A stretch of 32,000 nt of DNA from contig JAJDBK010000005.1 of the NCBI GenBank assembly GCA_029261405.1, positions 1-32,000 on the forward strand. The letters are read 5' to 3'. The stretch is from Nitrospinaceae bacterium. Its GTDB lineage: Bacteria; Nitrospinota_A; UBA7883; JAJDBK01. Numbering within the stretch: the first letter of the stretch is position 1; every line of letters begins with the position of its first letter. Both the position numbers and the translations under genes were made by a program. Positions 23,776-32,000 of the stretch are shown here, in pieces. Under the pieces are notes generated by a model, which worked only from the letters and a program-made list of their open reading frames with translations, was not told where the DNA came from and did not search any database.

Positions 23776-24273
23776 TCACTCCTCATTGTTAACCCCCAAG
23801 AGTCTGTCAGCCTCATAGACCTTTGCGGTCATCTCCCGCCGATAATCCTTCAAGGCTTTTGAGACCTTTTCATTACCCAGCGCGATGATCGAGCAGGCCA
23901 GAAGCGCCGCGTTCTTCCCCCCGGCTTTCCCCAGCGACACTGTGGCAACCGGAATTCCTCCGGGCATATTCACTGTGGAAAGGAGAGAATCGATGCCGTG
24001 GAGCGGCCCCGCGTCCATGGGGATACCGATAACCGGCAGAATGGTTTTTGAAGCCACTACACCGGCCAGATGCGCCGACATTCCGGCGCCAGCGATGATC
24101 GCCTTGGCTCCCTGATCTTCGGCCTTCTTTATAAGTTCATATACGCGATCAGGCGTTCTGTGGGCCGAAGCGATCCTCATCTCAAATTTCACGCCGAGTT
24201 TGTCGAATATCTTGCGAACCTCCTCCCCCACGGGCAGGTCCGATTCGCTCCCGAAAATTACCATTATATCCAT
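23776..24273 (-). CDS. purE: N5-carboxyaminoimidazole ribonucleotide mutase PurE
   Basis: 165 aa with FGSESDLPV, ASAHRTPDR, IIAGAGMSAHLAGVVAS, PVIGIP and GGIPVATV. All are collinear with PurE. Confidence 0.9.
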   Translation of the reverse strand: MDIMVIFGSESDLPVGEEVRKIFDKLGVKFEMRIASAHRTPDRVYELIKKAEDQGAKAIIAGAGMSAHLAGVVASKTILPVIGIPMDAGPLHGIDSLLSTVNMPGGIPVATVSLGKAGGKNAALLACSIIALGNEKVSKALKDYRREMTAKVYEADRLLGVNNEE

Positions 24274-24279
24274 AACGCA

Positions 24280-25668
24280 TTATACCTCATGACAGTTAGC
24301 CACCTTGCCCGGATTAAGAATGTTGTTCGGATCGAAGGCCGCCTTGATCCTCCTGTTAAGCGCAACACCCACAGGTCCAATTTCCGATTCCAGATACGGA
24401 GCTTTCTTAAGCCCGATTCCGTGTTCACCCGAAATCGTTCCTTCAAGTTCCAGGCAGATGGCAAAGAGTTCGTCTCTGGCCCCTTTGGCTCGTGTGTATT
24501 CTTCTTCGTCTCTCTTGTCGGTCATGATGTTCACATGAATGTTGCCATCCCCTGCGTGACCGAAGTTGACTATCGGCACACCGCTCCTTTCGGAAAGCTC
24601 CGATAGCCTTTTCATAAGTTCAGGTATTTTCGATCTGGGGACCGTAACATCCTCGTTGATCTTGTTCGGACGTATCCTGAGTAAAGATGGGGAGACCGAT
24701 CTTCGCACTGTCCAGAGCTTTTCACGCTCCTCTTCATTCTCCGCCACCCGCGTTTCGATAACTTTATGATCAGCGCAGACATCCCTGATTCTGGCAAGCT
24801 CCTTTTCCGCTATATCCTCTGATCCGTCGGTTTCGATCAGAAGGATAGCCTCAGCGTTGGTCGGCAATCCGGCGTCCATATAATCTGTTACGGCGTTGAT
24901 TGCGCTCCTGTCGAGAAACTCCAGCGTCCTCGGAATAATCCCGGAACGGATAATAGCGGATACGGTTCTGGCGGAGTCATCAACCGTGTTAAACAACGCA
25001 AGCGTCGTTCTCACAGTTTCAGGTTTCGGCAATAGTTTAAGCCGGAGCCGTGTGAAAACTCCGAGAGTTCCTTCCGAGCCGATCATCAACCGTGTAAGGT
25101 CGAAACCTACAACGCTCTTGACCGTCTTCGCTCCGATATTAACGATCTCGCCTGTAGGCAGAACAACCTCCATTCCAAGAACGTAGTCGCGGGTCACACC
25201 ATACTTGACCGCTCTCGGACCGCCAGCCCCCATGGCGACATTGCCACCGATAGTCGATATTTTTAGGGACGCCGGATCTGGTGGATAGAAAAAACCCCGC
25301 TCCTCGACAGCCTTTTGCAGGTCCGCCGTAACAACCCCCGGCTCTACGTCGGCTGTCAGGTTTTCCGGGTCGATAGATAATATCGAGTTCATCCTGGTCA
25401 TCGAAATGACCACTCCGTGATTGACCGGAACCGAAGCGCCAACAAATCCCGATCCCGCGCCTCGCGCCGTTACAGGAAAGCCCTGTTCATTGGCGAGTCG
25501 CAAAACCTCACTGATCTGTTCAGCATTCGTCGGGAACAAAACCATCTCCGGTTTCGATTCAATACCCGTCGCATCAAAACCGTAGCAGAGCAGGTCCTCT
25601 GGGGAGTCAGTAGCCGAGTCTTCGGGGAAGAGGGAAAAAAGTCTCTTTTTGATTTCCGGGGAGATCAT
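24280..25668 (-). CDS. FAD-linked oxidase (GlcD/D-lactate dehydrogenase-like, PCMH FAD_binding_4 family)
   Basis: 462 aa with ARGAGSGFVGASVP, STIGGNVAMGAGGPRAVKYGVTRDYVLGMEVVLPTGE and the C-terminal GTISGEHGIGLKK. No partner GlcE/GlcF genes are adjacent. Confidence 0.8.
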   Translation of the reverse strand: MISPEIKKRLFSLFPEDSATDSPEDLLCYGFDATGIESKPEMVLFPTNAEQISEVLRLANEQGFPVTARGAGSGFVGASVPVNHGVVISMTRMNSILSIDPENLTADVEPGVVTADLQKAVEERGFFYPPDPASLKISTIGGNVAMGAGGPRAVKYGVTRDYVLGMEVVLPTGEIVNIGAKTVKSVVGFDLTRLMIGSEGTLGVFTRLRLKLLPKPETVRTTLALFNTVDDSARTVSAIIRSGIIPRTLEFLDRSAINAVTDYMDAGLPTNAEAILLIETDGSEDIAEKELARIRDVCADHKVIETRVAENEEEREKLWTVRRSVSPSLLRIRPNKINEDVTVPRSKIPELMKRLSELSERSGVPIVNFGHAGDGNIHVNIMTDKRDEEEYTRAKGARDELFAICLELEGTISGEHGIGLKKAPYLESEIGPVGVALNRRIKAAFDPNNILNPGKVANCHEV

Positions 25669-25674
25669 AAATAT

Positions 25675-26022
25675 TCAGTTGAAGAAAGGGACTCCGATAA
25701 TATGCTCCGAGAACTCGCAACCTACCCGGATCACCTCACCCTCCTCAACCATCCATATGATTCTTGCGGTGACATCCTTATGGTCGAGGGAAGTGCCTGC
25801 GATAACCTTGAAGAGGATGATTTTCCCGATTTCCAGATTGTGCGAATCTGAAAAATCGAGACAGCATCCAACCTCGGAATGGTCCACAAGGATACCGCCC
25901 GGAAGAGGGGCGTAGAACGAATCCTTCTCGATCATCGCCTCCACATGAGCGCCGGAGCCATCCTTGCTCCTGGGAGCGGTTCGTCTGTCAGGAGTTGTTC
26001 GTCTTTCAGCAGTTTCGGTCAT
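25675..26022 (-). CDS. Small PilZ-domain protein (putative c-di-GMP receptor)
   Basis: 115 aa. RxxxR is present twice near the N-terminus (ERRTTPDRRTAPR), and DxSxxG is present (DHSEVGCCL) about 30 residues later. The beta-rich remainder fits a PilZ barrel. AAGG lies 6 nt upstream of the ATG. Confidence 0.65.
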   Translation of the reverse strand: MTETAERRTTPDRRTAPRSKDGSGAHVEAMIEKDSFYAPLPGGILVDHSEVGCCLDFSDSHNLEIGKIILFKVIAGTSLDHKDVTARIIWMVEEGEVIRVGCEFSEHIIGVPFFN

Positions 26023-26070
26023 AATCCGCCTTTTATTTTCTTTCGATACATTATTGTAATCGATTAACGA

Positions 26071-27339
26071 TTATTCGCTTGCGCTTAAAACTCCTCCGCA
26101 CGAACGGAAAAGCTCTGCGAAATTCGGAAATGTTACGTCTACTGACTCTGCGGTTTCAATGATAGTTCTTCCATCGGCTTTCGAGGCGAGGACCGAAAGC
26201 GCCATTACCACCCGATGATCACCATGACCATCCACCCTGGCGCCGGTAATCCGGGCGCCACCATGAATAACAAGACCGTCCGTCCTCTCTTCGCAAAGAG
26301 CGCCCATAGCGCCAAGCTCTTTGGCCATCACAGCTATCCGGTCGGTCTCTTTGATCCGCGCCTGCGGAACGTTGGTGAGGTGAGTCGTTCCATCAGCAAG
26401 ACACGCAAGCGCCGCCATGGCGGGAAGCGCGTCAGGCGTTGCGTTAAGGTCGAGGGTCACACCAGCAAGCGAATCGCCCTTGACGGTTATTCCGTCATCA
26501 CCGATATTAACCGACGCGCCCATCTTTTCGAGGTAGCCGAGAATCGCTTTATCCCCCTGCGGATCGTTCATGTCAAGACCCCGAAGGAAAACCTCGTTGC
26601 CCGGTATGGCGCCGAGACACGCAAAGAAGGTGGCTGAGGAGAAGTCGCCAGGTATCATGCGCTCGAATGAACGGTACTTCTGGCCTCCCCTTATGGTGAA
26701 TCGACTATAACCCTCCCTCCCGTAATCGACACCAAGAAAATCGAGCCATGAGAGGGTCATATCGACATACGGTTTTTCGTTGAGGTTTTCAACTATCAGG
26801 ACAGAATCGGATTGCGCCAGCGGAAGACTCACAAGCAGACTCGAAAGATATTGCGAGGTCTTGCCGTCCACTTCCGTCTCACCGCCGAGGATCGGGCCAC
26901 TCACCGTCGCAGGCAATTTTCCCTTCCGGCTTTTTGTCTTTGCCCCCAGATTTTCAAGGGCTGTCAGAAGCGGACCCATCGGCCTTGAACTTGTCGATTC
27001 GTCACCCGTTATCGTGACCTCTCTCGCCCCCAACGCCACAGATCCCAGTACAAATCGGGTGGAGGTGCCTGAATTGCCCATATAGATTGTCGGTTCCGGG
27101 TTCGATATAAAACCGTCAAGCCCGTCGATAATCCATCTGTCCGGTTCAACCTCAACCCCGGCGCCGAGCGCCTTGACCGCCGCCAAAGCCGATCTGCCAT
27201 CAGCTGAGTCGAGAGGGTTGAAGATAGTAGACCTCCCTTTCGCCATGGCGGCCAGAAACAGCGCTCGTATGGTATGAGACTTGGATGAAGGGATAAGCGC
27301 GTCACCCGACATTCGGGAAGGTTCGATCAAAAACTCCAT
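26071..27339 (-). CDS. aroA: 3-phosphoshikimate 1-carboxyvinyltransferase (EPSP synthase) AroA
   Basis: 422 aa with PSSKSHTIRALFLAAMAKG, YMGNSGTSTRF, NATPDALPAMAALA, ETDRIAVMAKEL and DHRVVMAL. Confidence 0.9.
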   Translation of the reverse strand: MEFLIEPSRMSGDALIPSSKSHTIRALFLAAMAKGRSTIFNPLDSADGRSALAAVKALGAGVEVEPDRWIIDGLDGFISNPEPTIYMGNSGTSTRFVLGSVALGAREVTITGDESTSSRPMGPLLTALENLGAKTKSRKGKLPATVSGPILGGETEVDGKTSQYLSSLLVSLPLAQSDSVLIVENLNEKPYVDMTLSWLDFLGVDYGREGYSRFTIRGGQKYRSFERMIPGDFSSATFFACLGAIPGNEVFLRGLDMNDPQGDKAILGYLEKMGASVNIGDDGITVKGDSLAGVTLDLNATPDALPAMAALACLADGTTHLTNVPQARIKETDRIAVMAKELGAMGALCEERTDGLVIHGGARITGARVDGHGDHRVVMALSVLASKADGRTIIETAESVDVTFPNFAELFRSCGGVLSASE

Positions 27340-27355
27340 TTCTCAGCTTCCTCGT

Positions 27356-28108
27356 CTACTTTATCGCAGTCTCAAGTTGTGTCATGAACTCGTAGTTTGT
27401 AAGATCGAAATGGATCGGCGTTACGGTAATATAACCTTTATCAAGCCATGCGATGTCGCTCTTTTCATCCCTTTTATCCACCTCCATAGCGCCCCCCTGC
27501 CAATAATAATCGACACCGCGAGGATCAACCCGTTTCTCGAAAACCTCCTTGAACCGGCTACATCCCATGGGGCAGATTTTTATCCCTTTCAACTCCTCTT
27601 CCGGCAGAGCGGGAATATTCACGTTGACCAGGCTCCCCTCTGGTAGTCTGATATTGGCGATTTTCCCGATTATCTCTATCGCCTTTTTCGCCGCTACGGA
27701 AAAATCGACCTCGGCGAAGGTTCCCAAAGAGACCGCCACGGAGGGAATACCAAGGATCATGCCTTCGGTAGCGGCTGAAACTGTGCCGGAGTAGATAATA
27801 TTGGTCGCCACGTTCTGGCCATGGTTTATGCCGGAAACAACCATATCGGGTGGATCGGGGAGAATCGCCCTGATGGCGATCTTTACACAATCAGCAGGGG
27901 TGCCGTTGACCGCGTAACCGAAAAGGGCGCCATCTGACATGATTTTCCTAACCCGCAGGGGATCGGTCAACGTTATGGCGTGACCCACCGCTGACATCTC
28001 CGTTTCCGGCGCCACTACTGTCACATCCGCTATTTCAAACAGCGCCTTTCGCAACGCAAAGATGCCGGGAGCGTTTATGCCGTCGTCGTTCGTTAGAAGG
28101 ATTTTCAT
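27356..28108 (-). CDS. surE: 5'/3'-nucleotidase SurE
   Basis: I trimmed the ORF to ATG 28108, giving MKILLTNDDGINAPGI. SGINHGQN and YSGTVSAATEG are also present. The ATG overlaps the upstream gene's TAA by 1 nt (TAATG). Confidence 0.9.
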   Translation of the reverse strand: MKILLTNDDGINAPGIFALRKALFEIADVTVVAPETEMSAVGHAITLTDPLRVRKIMSDGALFGYAVNGTPADCVKIAIRAILPDPPDMVVSGINHGQNVATNIIYSGTVSAATEGMILGIPSVAVSLGTFAEVDFSVAAKKAIEIIGKIANIRLPEGSLVNVNIPALPEEELKGIKICPMGCSRFKEVFEKRVDPRGVDYYWQGGAMEVDKRDEKSDIAWLDKGYITVTPIHFDLTNYEFMTQLETAIK

Positions 28109-28893
28109 TATTTTACCGCGATAGAGCCTACCCACAATTTTGGAGCGTCACTTATAACCATCCCGGGTTTCAGGTAGAACCTGATCTGATCCACGACCTC
28201 AGGCGCCCTAAACTGTGGCGCCTTTCTGTATTTTCTGGTTGCTGAATTGTACTCCCAAAGATTAAAAGCGGAAAACGGAATATCGATGGAATGCCATTTC
28301 CCTGCGGTAATGACGTAATTTCCTATGTTCCAATGCAGAAAGTCGCTCCCTTCCTTTCTTACAAGCCCGATTCCGATCCTTGTTACGCCTTCACCACGGA
28401 TTGTCACTCGCAATACCGTTTTCCCATTTAAAAGGGCCGGGTCGGGCAGAGTGATGACCATGGAAGCGTATTTGTCGGCAACGGTATCTGGACCAAAATC
28501 TGTTACGGCAAGAAGGCCGCTCATGCCTGAGTCTGGCCCTGAGGTTTTATCGTCAAGGCTAAAAGAAGAGTCACCGCCACGGGTCCCTTTTAACTCAACG
28601 TTCGCCGCCTGCTCCATCGAATAGAAGGAGAAGATCGTGTCAAAATCTTTCTTCGTCGAAAGGGGAGACTGATCGAGTCTCTGTCCCTTTTTCAGTTTGA
28701 CAGGTCTGGCGTTTAGCTCTTCGAAGAAACGTTTAACCTTGTCGATCTTCTCTACAGCCTCTGTAATCGATTTTACAGGAGCGGTCGATCCAAAATCGAA
28801 GGATACGACTTCGCTTACCACATACCCGAACAAACCGGCCAAGCCCAGCAGGAATCCGGGGGCAAGCTTCACATAAAGAGGTGAGTCAGCCAT
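28108..28893 (-). CDS. Hypothetical N-terminally membrane-anchored protein with beta-rich C-terminal domain
   Basis: 261-aa ORF with one N-terminal TM helix (LAPGFLLGLAGLFGYVV), a Lys/Glu-rich linker, then a ~150-aa domain with a beta-sandwich-like alternation (VLRVTIRGEG..GIGLVRKEG..WHSIDIPFSAF..IRFYLKPG). It is tightly packed between ftsH (13-nt gap, AAGG SD) and surE (1-nt overlap). I recognise no family. Confidence 0.5.
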   Translation of the reverse strand: MADSPLYVKLAPGFLLGLAGLFGYVVSEVVSFDFGSTAPVKSITEAVEKIDKVKRFFEELNARPVKLKKGQRLDQSPLSTKKDFDTIFSFYSMEQAANVELKGTRGGDSSFSLDDKTSGPDSGMSGLLAVTDFGPDTVADKYASMVITLPDPALLNGKTVLRVTIRGEGVTRIGIGLVRKEGSDFLHWNIGNYVITAGKWHSIDIPFSAFNLWEYNSATRKYRKAPQFRAPEVVDQIRFYLKPGMVISDAPKLWVGSIAVK

Positions 28894-28906
28894 ATCAGCG
28901 TGCCTT

Positions 28907-30862
28907 TTAGGGAGTCAGGGGAGCTTCATCTTTCCCGGTTTCGGGGCCACCATCATCTTTAATCTCCTCATCAGCGTCGGCGGACTCCTCTTCTGTGGAG
29001 TCGCTCTTTTCCCTCCGTTTCACCTTCTCAGCCCCCTCAGGGAGTGTAAAATGCACATCAATCCCCTTCGTTTCGAGACTGTTTTTGACCATCAACATTA
29101 TCTCGGCCCCTTCGACAACCTCCACGTCGAGCAGATTCTCCGTTATGGCGTCGAGAATATCCACATGTTCTGTGAGCAACCTCTTGGCGGTAGCGTACGC
29201 TTCGGAGATCATCGCATGCACCTCCTTGTCGATTACCCTGGCGGTATCCTCCGAAAAATCACGATGCTGGCTTATCTCCCTGCCCAGAAATATCTGTTCA
29301 TCCTTCTGGCCGAAAGCGGCGGGTCCAATCGTTTCGCTCATTCCCCACTCACAGACCATCTTTCTGCTAAGGTTGGTGGCCTGTTCAATATCGTTACTCG
29401 CGCCGGTAGTGAACTGTTTTAATACAAGATCCTCCGCCGCCCTGCCGCCCATAAGGATGGCAAGACGGGTGATTAGATACTGCTTGGCGTGGGTGTGCCG
29501 CTCATCGACAGGAAGCTGTTGGGTGACACCGAGGGCTCGTCCTCGCGGGATTATGCTAACCTTGTGGATAGGGTCAGCGCCGGGAAGTAGAAGCGCCACA
29601 AGAGCGTGCCCCGCCTCATGAATGGCGGTACTTCTCTTCTCTTCGTCCGATATTATCATGGAGCGGCGTTCCGCGCCCATCATAACCTTGTCCTTCGCCA
29701 CCTCGAAATGACGCATACTCACCCGCTCCGCGTCCTCCCTGGCCGCCAACAGCGCCGCTTCGTTGCAAAGGTTGGCCAGGTCAGCGCCTGTAAATCCGGG
29801 TGTTCCACGGGCCAGAACCTTCAGGATGACATCATCCTCCATAGGGATATTGCCCGCATGTACAGCCAGAATCGCCTCCCGGCCTACGATATCGGGTTTC
29901 GGCACAACGATCTGGCGATCGAACCTGCCGGGACGTAGCAGAGCCGGGTCGAGAACATCGGGCCGGTTTGTGGCCGCTATGACGATGGCAGCCATGTTCG
30001 CCTCGAAACCGTCCATCTCCACGAGAAGCTGGTTGAGTGTCTGCTCTCGCTCGTCGTGTCCACCCCCGACACCCGCTCCCCGGTGACGACCTACGGCGTC
30101 GATCTCGTCCACAAAAATAATGCACGGAGCGTGTTTTTTAGCCTGTTCAAAAAGGTCGCGGACCCGGCTGGCGCCCACACCCACAAACATCTCAACGAAG
30201 TCGGAACCGGAAATCGAAAAGAAGGGGACTCCCGCCTCTCCGGCTATAGCCTTTGCCAACAAGGTCTTGCCTGTTCCCGGTGAACCCATCAGCAATACAC
30301 CTTTCGGTATCTTGCCACCAAGCTTCTGGAATTTGGCGGGTTCTTTTAAAAACTCGATAATCTCCTGAAGGTCCTCTTTCGCCTCCTCGACACCGGCCAC
30401 ATCCTTGAATGTAGCTTTTGTCTCCCCCTCGGCGTCAAGTTTCGCTTTGCTCTTGCCAAAAGACATGGCGCGCGATCCACCGTTTTGCATCTGCCGCATG
30501 AAAAATATCCATATGGCGATAAGAAGGATCATCGGAAACCAGGAGATCAGAATCGACATGTACCAAGGCGTTTGATCCGACGCGCGTACCGAAACACCGA
30601 CACCCGCCTTTTTCAGATCCTTGTACAGGTCGGGATAATCCATTATATAAACCTGAAACGGTTTGCCATCAGCAAATTTGCCCCTGGCAAGGCTCCCCTG
30701 CAGGATAACATCGGAAACTTCCCCTTTTTCAACACCATCCATGAATTCGGAGAAGGATATCTCAATACTGGTTACACGGGGCTGGTCGAACATATTAAAA
30801 AGGGCGATCATAACAAGCCCCACAACCATCCACAGCGCCAGATTCTTATAAAACTGATTCAA
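28907..30862 (-). CDS. ftsH: ATP-dependent zinc metalloprotease FtsH
   Basis: 651 aa with two N-terminal TM helices. Walker A is GSPGTGKT and Walker B is IIFVDEIDA. The SRH region is [19 protein letters not shown] and the zinc site is HEAGHA. An acidic C-terminal tail is present. The TTG start is preceded by GGAGGTG at 5-nt spacing. Confidence 0.95.
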   Translation of the reverse strand: MNQFYKNLALWMVVGLVMIALFNMFDQPRVTSIEISFSEFMDGVEKGEVSDVILQGSLARGKFADGKPFQVYIMDYPDLYKDLKKAGVGVSVRASDQTPWYMSILISWFPMILLIAIWIFFMRQMQNGGSRAMSFGKSKAKLDAEGETKATFKDVAGVEEAKEDLQEIIEFLKEPAKFQKLGGKIPKGVLLMGSPGTGKTLLAKAIAGEAGVPFFSISGSDFVEMFVGVGASRVRDLFEQAKKHAPCIIFVDEIDAVGRHRGAGVGGGHDEREQTLNQLLVEMDGFEANMAAIVIAATNRPDVLDPALLRPGRFDRQIVVPKPDIVGREAILAVHAGNIPMEDDVILKVLARGTPGFTGADLANLCNEAALLAAREDAERVSMRHFEVAKDKVMMGAERRSMIISDEEKRSTAIHEAGHALVALLLPGADPIHKVSIIPRGRALGVTQQLPVDERHTHAKQYLITRLAILMGGRAAEDLVLKQFTTGASNDIEQATNLSRKMVCEWGMSETIGPAAFGQKDEQIFLGREISQHRDFSEDTARVIDKEVHAMISEAYATAKRLLTEHVDILDAITENLLDVEVVEGAEIMLMVKNSLETKGIDVHFTLPEGAEKVKRREKSDSTEEESADADEEIKDDGGPETGKDEAPLTP

Positions 30863-30959
30863 CTATCACCTCCACGGGCAAAGCCCGAACGTTTACTTAC
30901 CTCACCATCATAGAATCAGAATCTCTACAAAACAAGTCGCACAACTTTTCTATGCGATT

Positions 30960-30987
30960 TTGCGCATTTTTATTCATACGGTAGAAT
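30960..30987 (+). promoter_or_regulatory. Candidate arsM promoter
   Basis: TTGCGC (30960-30965), a 16-nt spacer, then TAGAAT (30982-30987). It lies ~50 nt upstream of the arsM ATG and overlaps a small palindrome ATGCG-N6-CGCAT (30952-30967). Confidence 0.3.
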
Positions 30988-31037
30988 AAGGCTGTTCGCG
31001 AAATTTCAGTTTTTTATTCTGATAGATAAGGGGAAAG

Positions 31038-32000
31038 ATGTATTCAACGATAAAAACCTTCGATAACCTTCCTGAAGCTATAAAGAAGTATTATGGCAAA
31101 GTACTGCAATCCAACAAGGATTTGCAAACCGGCGCCTGTTGCGATTCAAACGGGATATCGTCCCGCCATAAGGTGATACTTAAACTCATTCACCCGGAAG
31201 TTGTTAAAAAGTTCTACGGGTGCGGGTCGCCTATTCCGTATGAACTGAAGGGTTTGACCGTTCTTGATCTCGGTTGTGGTTCCGGACGTGACTGTTACCT
31301 CCTTTCAAAACTTGTCGGCCCTGATGGCAACGTGATCGGTGTCGATATGACAGACGAACAGCTTGAAGTGGCAAGGAAATATCTCGATCACCACACCGGC
31401 GGGTTCGGCTACAACAGACCTAACGTAAGGTTTTTGAACGGGTATATCGAAGATCTTGGCTCGATTGGAATCGAGGATAATTCTGTTGACCTTGTGGTTT
31501 CAAACTGCGTGATAAACCTCTCGCCAGACAAGGAGAGGGTTTTTACAGAAATACTGAGAGTTTTGAAACCTGGCGGAGAGCTCTATTTTTCTGATGTTTT
31601 TGCTGATCGCCGTATTCCCGCTGAACTGGCGAACAACCCGCTCCTTGTGGCTGAATGCCTCGGTGGCGCTCTTTATAGCGAAGATTTCAGGAGGCTTTTG
31701 GCGAAAATCGGTTGCGCTGATTTCAGATTGACATCGAGTCGCAGAATTTCGCTTGATAACCCTGAAATAGAAGCAAAAGCCGGGATGACAGGTTTTTATT
31801 CCAACACCGTGCGGCTCTTTAAACTTCCGGGACTTGAAGACAGATGCGAAGATTTCGGGCAGGTCGCCTTTTATAAAGGAACGGTTCCAGAGGCTCCCCA
31901 CGCTTTCCACCTCGACGACCACCATACGTTTCGTACCGGAATGCCTGTGCCGATTTGCAGTAACACCGCGTCGATGATTACCGATACGAGGTACGCCCGA
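31038..32000 (+). CDS. arsM: Arsenite S-adenosylmethionine methyltransferase ArsM (3' end outside window)
   Basis: This ORF is not on the supplied track because it is open to the window edge (321 codons, no stop). The translation begins MYSTIKTFDNLPEAIKKYYGKVLQSNKDLQTGACCDS. SAM motif I is VLDLGCGSGRD. Cys residues sit at the four positions conserved in ArsM (ACC, YGCGSP, SNCVINL, AECLGGA). The typical C-terminal block is HAFHLDDHHTFRTGMPVPICSNTASM. AAGGGG lies 4 nt upstream of the ATG. Confidence 0.85.
   Translation, partial: MYSTIKTFDNLPEAIKKYYGKVLQSNKDLQTGACCDSNGISSRHKVILKLIHPEVVKKFYGCGSPIPYELKGLTVLDLGCGSGRDCYLLSKLVGPDGNVIGVDMTDEQLEVARKYLDHHTGGFGYNRPNVRFLNGYIEDLGSIGIEDNSVDLVVSNCVINLSPDKERVFTEILRVLKPGGELYFSDVFADRRIPAELANNPLLVAECLGGALYSEDFRRLLAKIGCADFRLTSSRRISLDNPEIEAKAGMTGFYSNTVRLFKLPGLEDRCEDFGQVAFYKGTVPEAPHAFHLDDHHTFRTGMPVPICSNTASMITDTRYAR

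Noticed and set aside
1-32000. CRISPR arrays, tandem repeats, IS elements, integrases, prophage genes, tRNA/rRNA genes
   Set aside because: I saw no periodic direct repeats, no transposase or integrase motifs in any long ORF, and no intergenic region longer than ~200 nt that could hold a structured RNA gene. A by-eye scan cannot exclude short or degenerate repeats. A repeat finder and tRNAscan/Infernal would settle this.

Overview
This is a 32-kb chromosomal segment from a diderm (Gram-negative) bacterium. I call 31 CDS, 26 of them on the minus strand, arranged in long co-directional runs with very short or overlapping junctions. Protein N-termini such as FtsH and LolC/E, and the use of LpxI, look Desulfobacterota-like. 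Taxonomy cannot be fixed from the sequence alone. Most of the window is core envelope and housekeeping: lolC/E-(membrane protein)-lolD, clpC, bamA-skp-lpxD-fabZ-lpxA, a Gfo/Idh/MocA oxidoreductase, lpxI, a GT39 glycosyltransferase, and ftsH-(unknown)-surE-aroA-pilZ-glcD-like-purE-DHH. The standout is at 371-4441 (minus). A clear mercury-methylation pair, hgcA (NVWCAAGK cap-helix motif plus C-terminal TM bundle) and hgcB (2x[4Fe-4S] ferredoxin), sits inside a translationally coupled five-gene unit. The order is CDF heavy-metal exporter, hgcA, hgcB, voltage-gated K+ channel, class III nucleotidyl-cyclase-domain protein. I do not know this arrangement as a described system. The channel followed by the cyclase mirrors, as two genes, the fused Kv-channel/adenylyl-cyclase proteins of alveolates. 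A partial arsenite methyltransferase gene (arsM) runs off the 3' end, so Hg- and As-methylation determinants lie 27 kb apart. A Fis-like gene, a hybrid histidine kinase and a YfiR-like periplasmic protein form the only sizeable plus-strand block. I saw no rRNA, tRNA, CRISPR array, transposase, integrase or phage genes. All functional calls come from hand-recognised motifs, not database searches.
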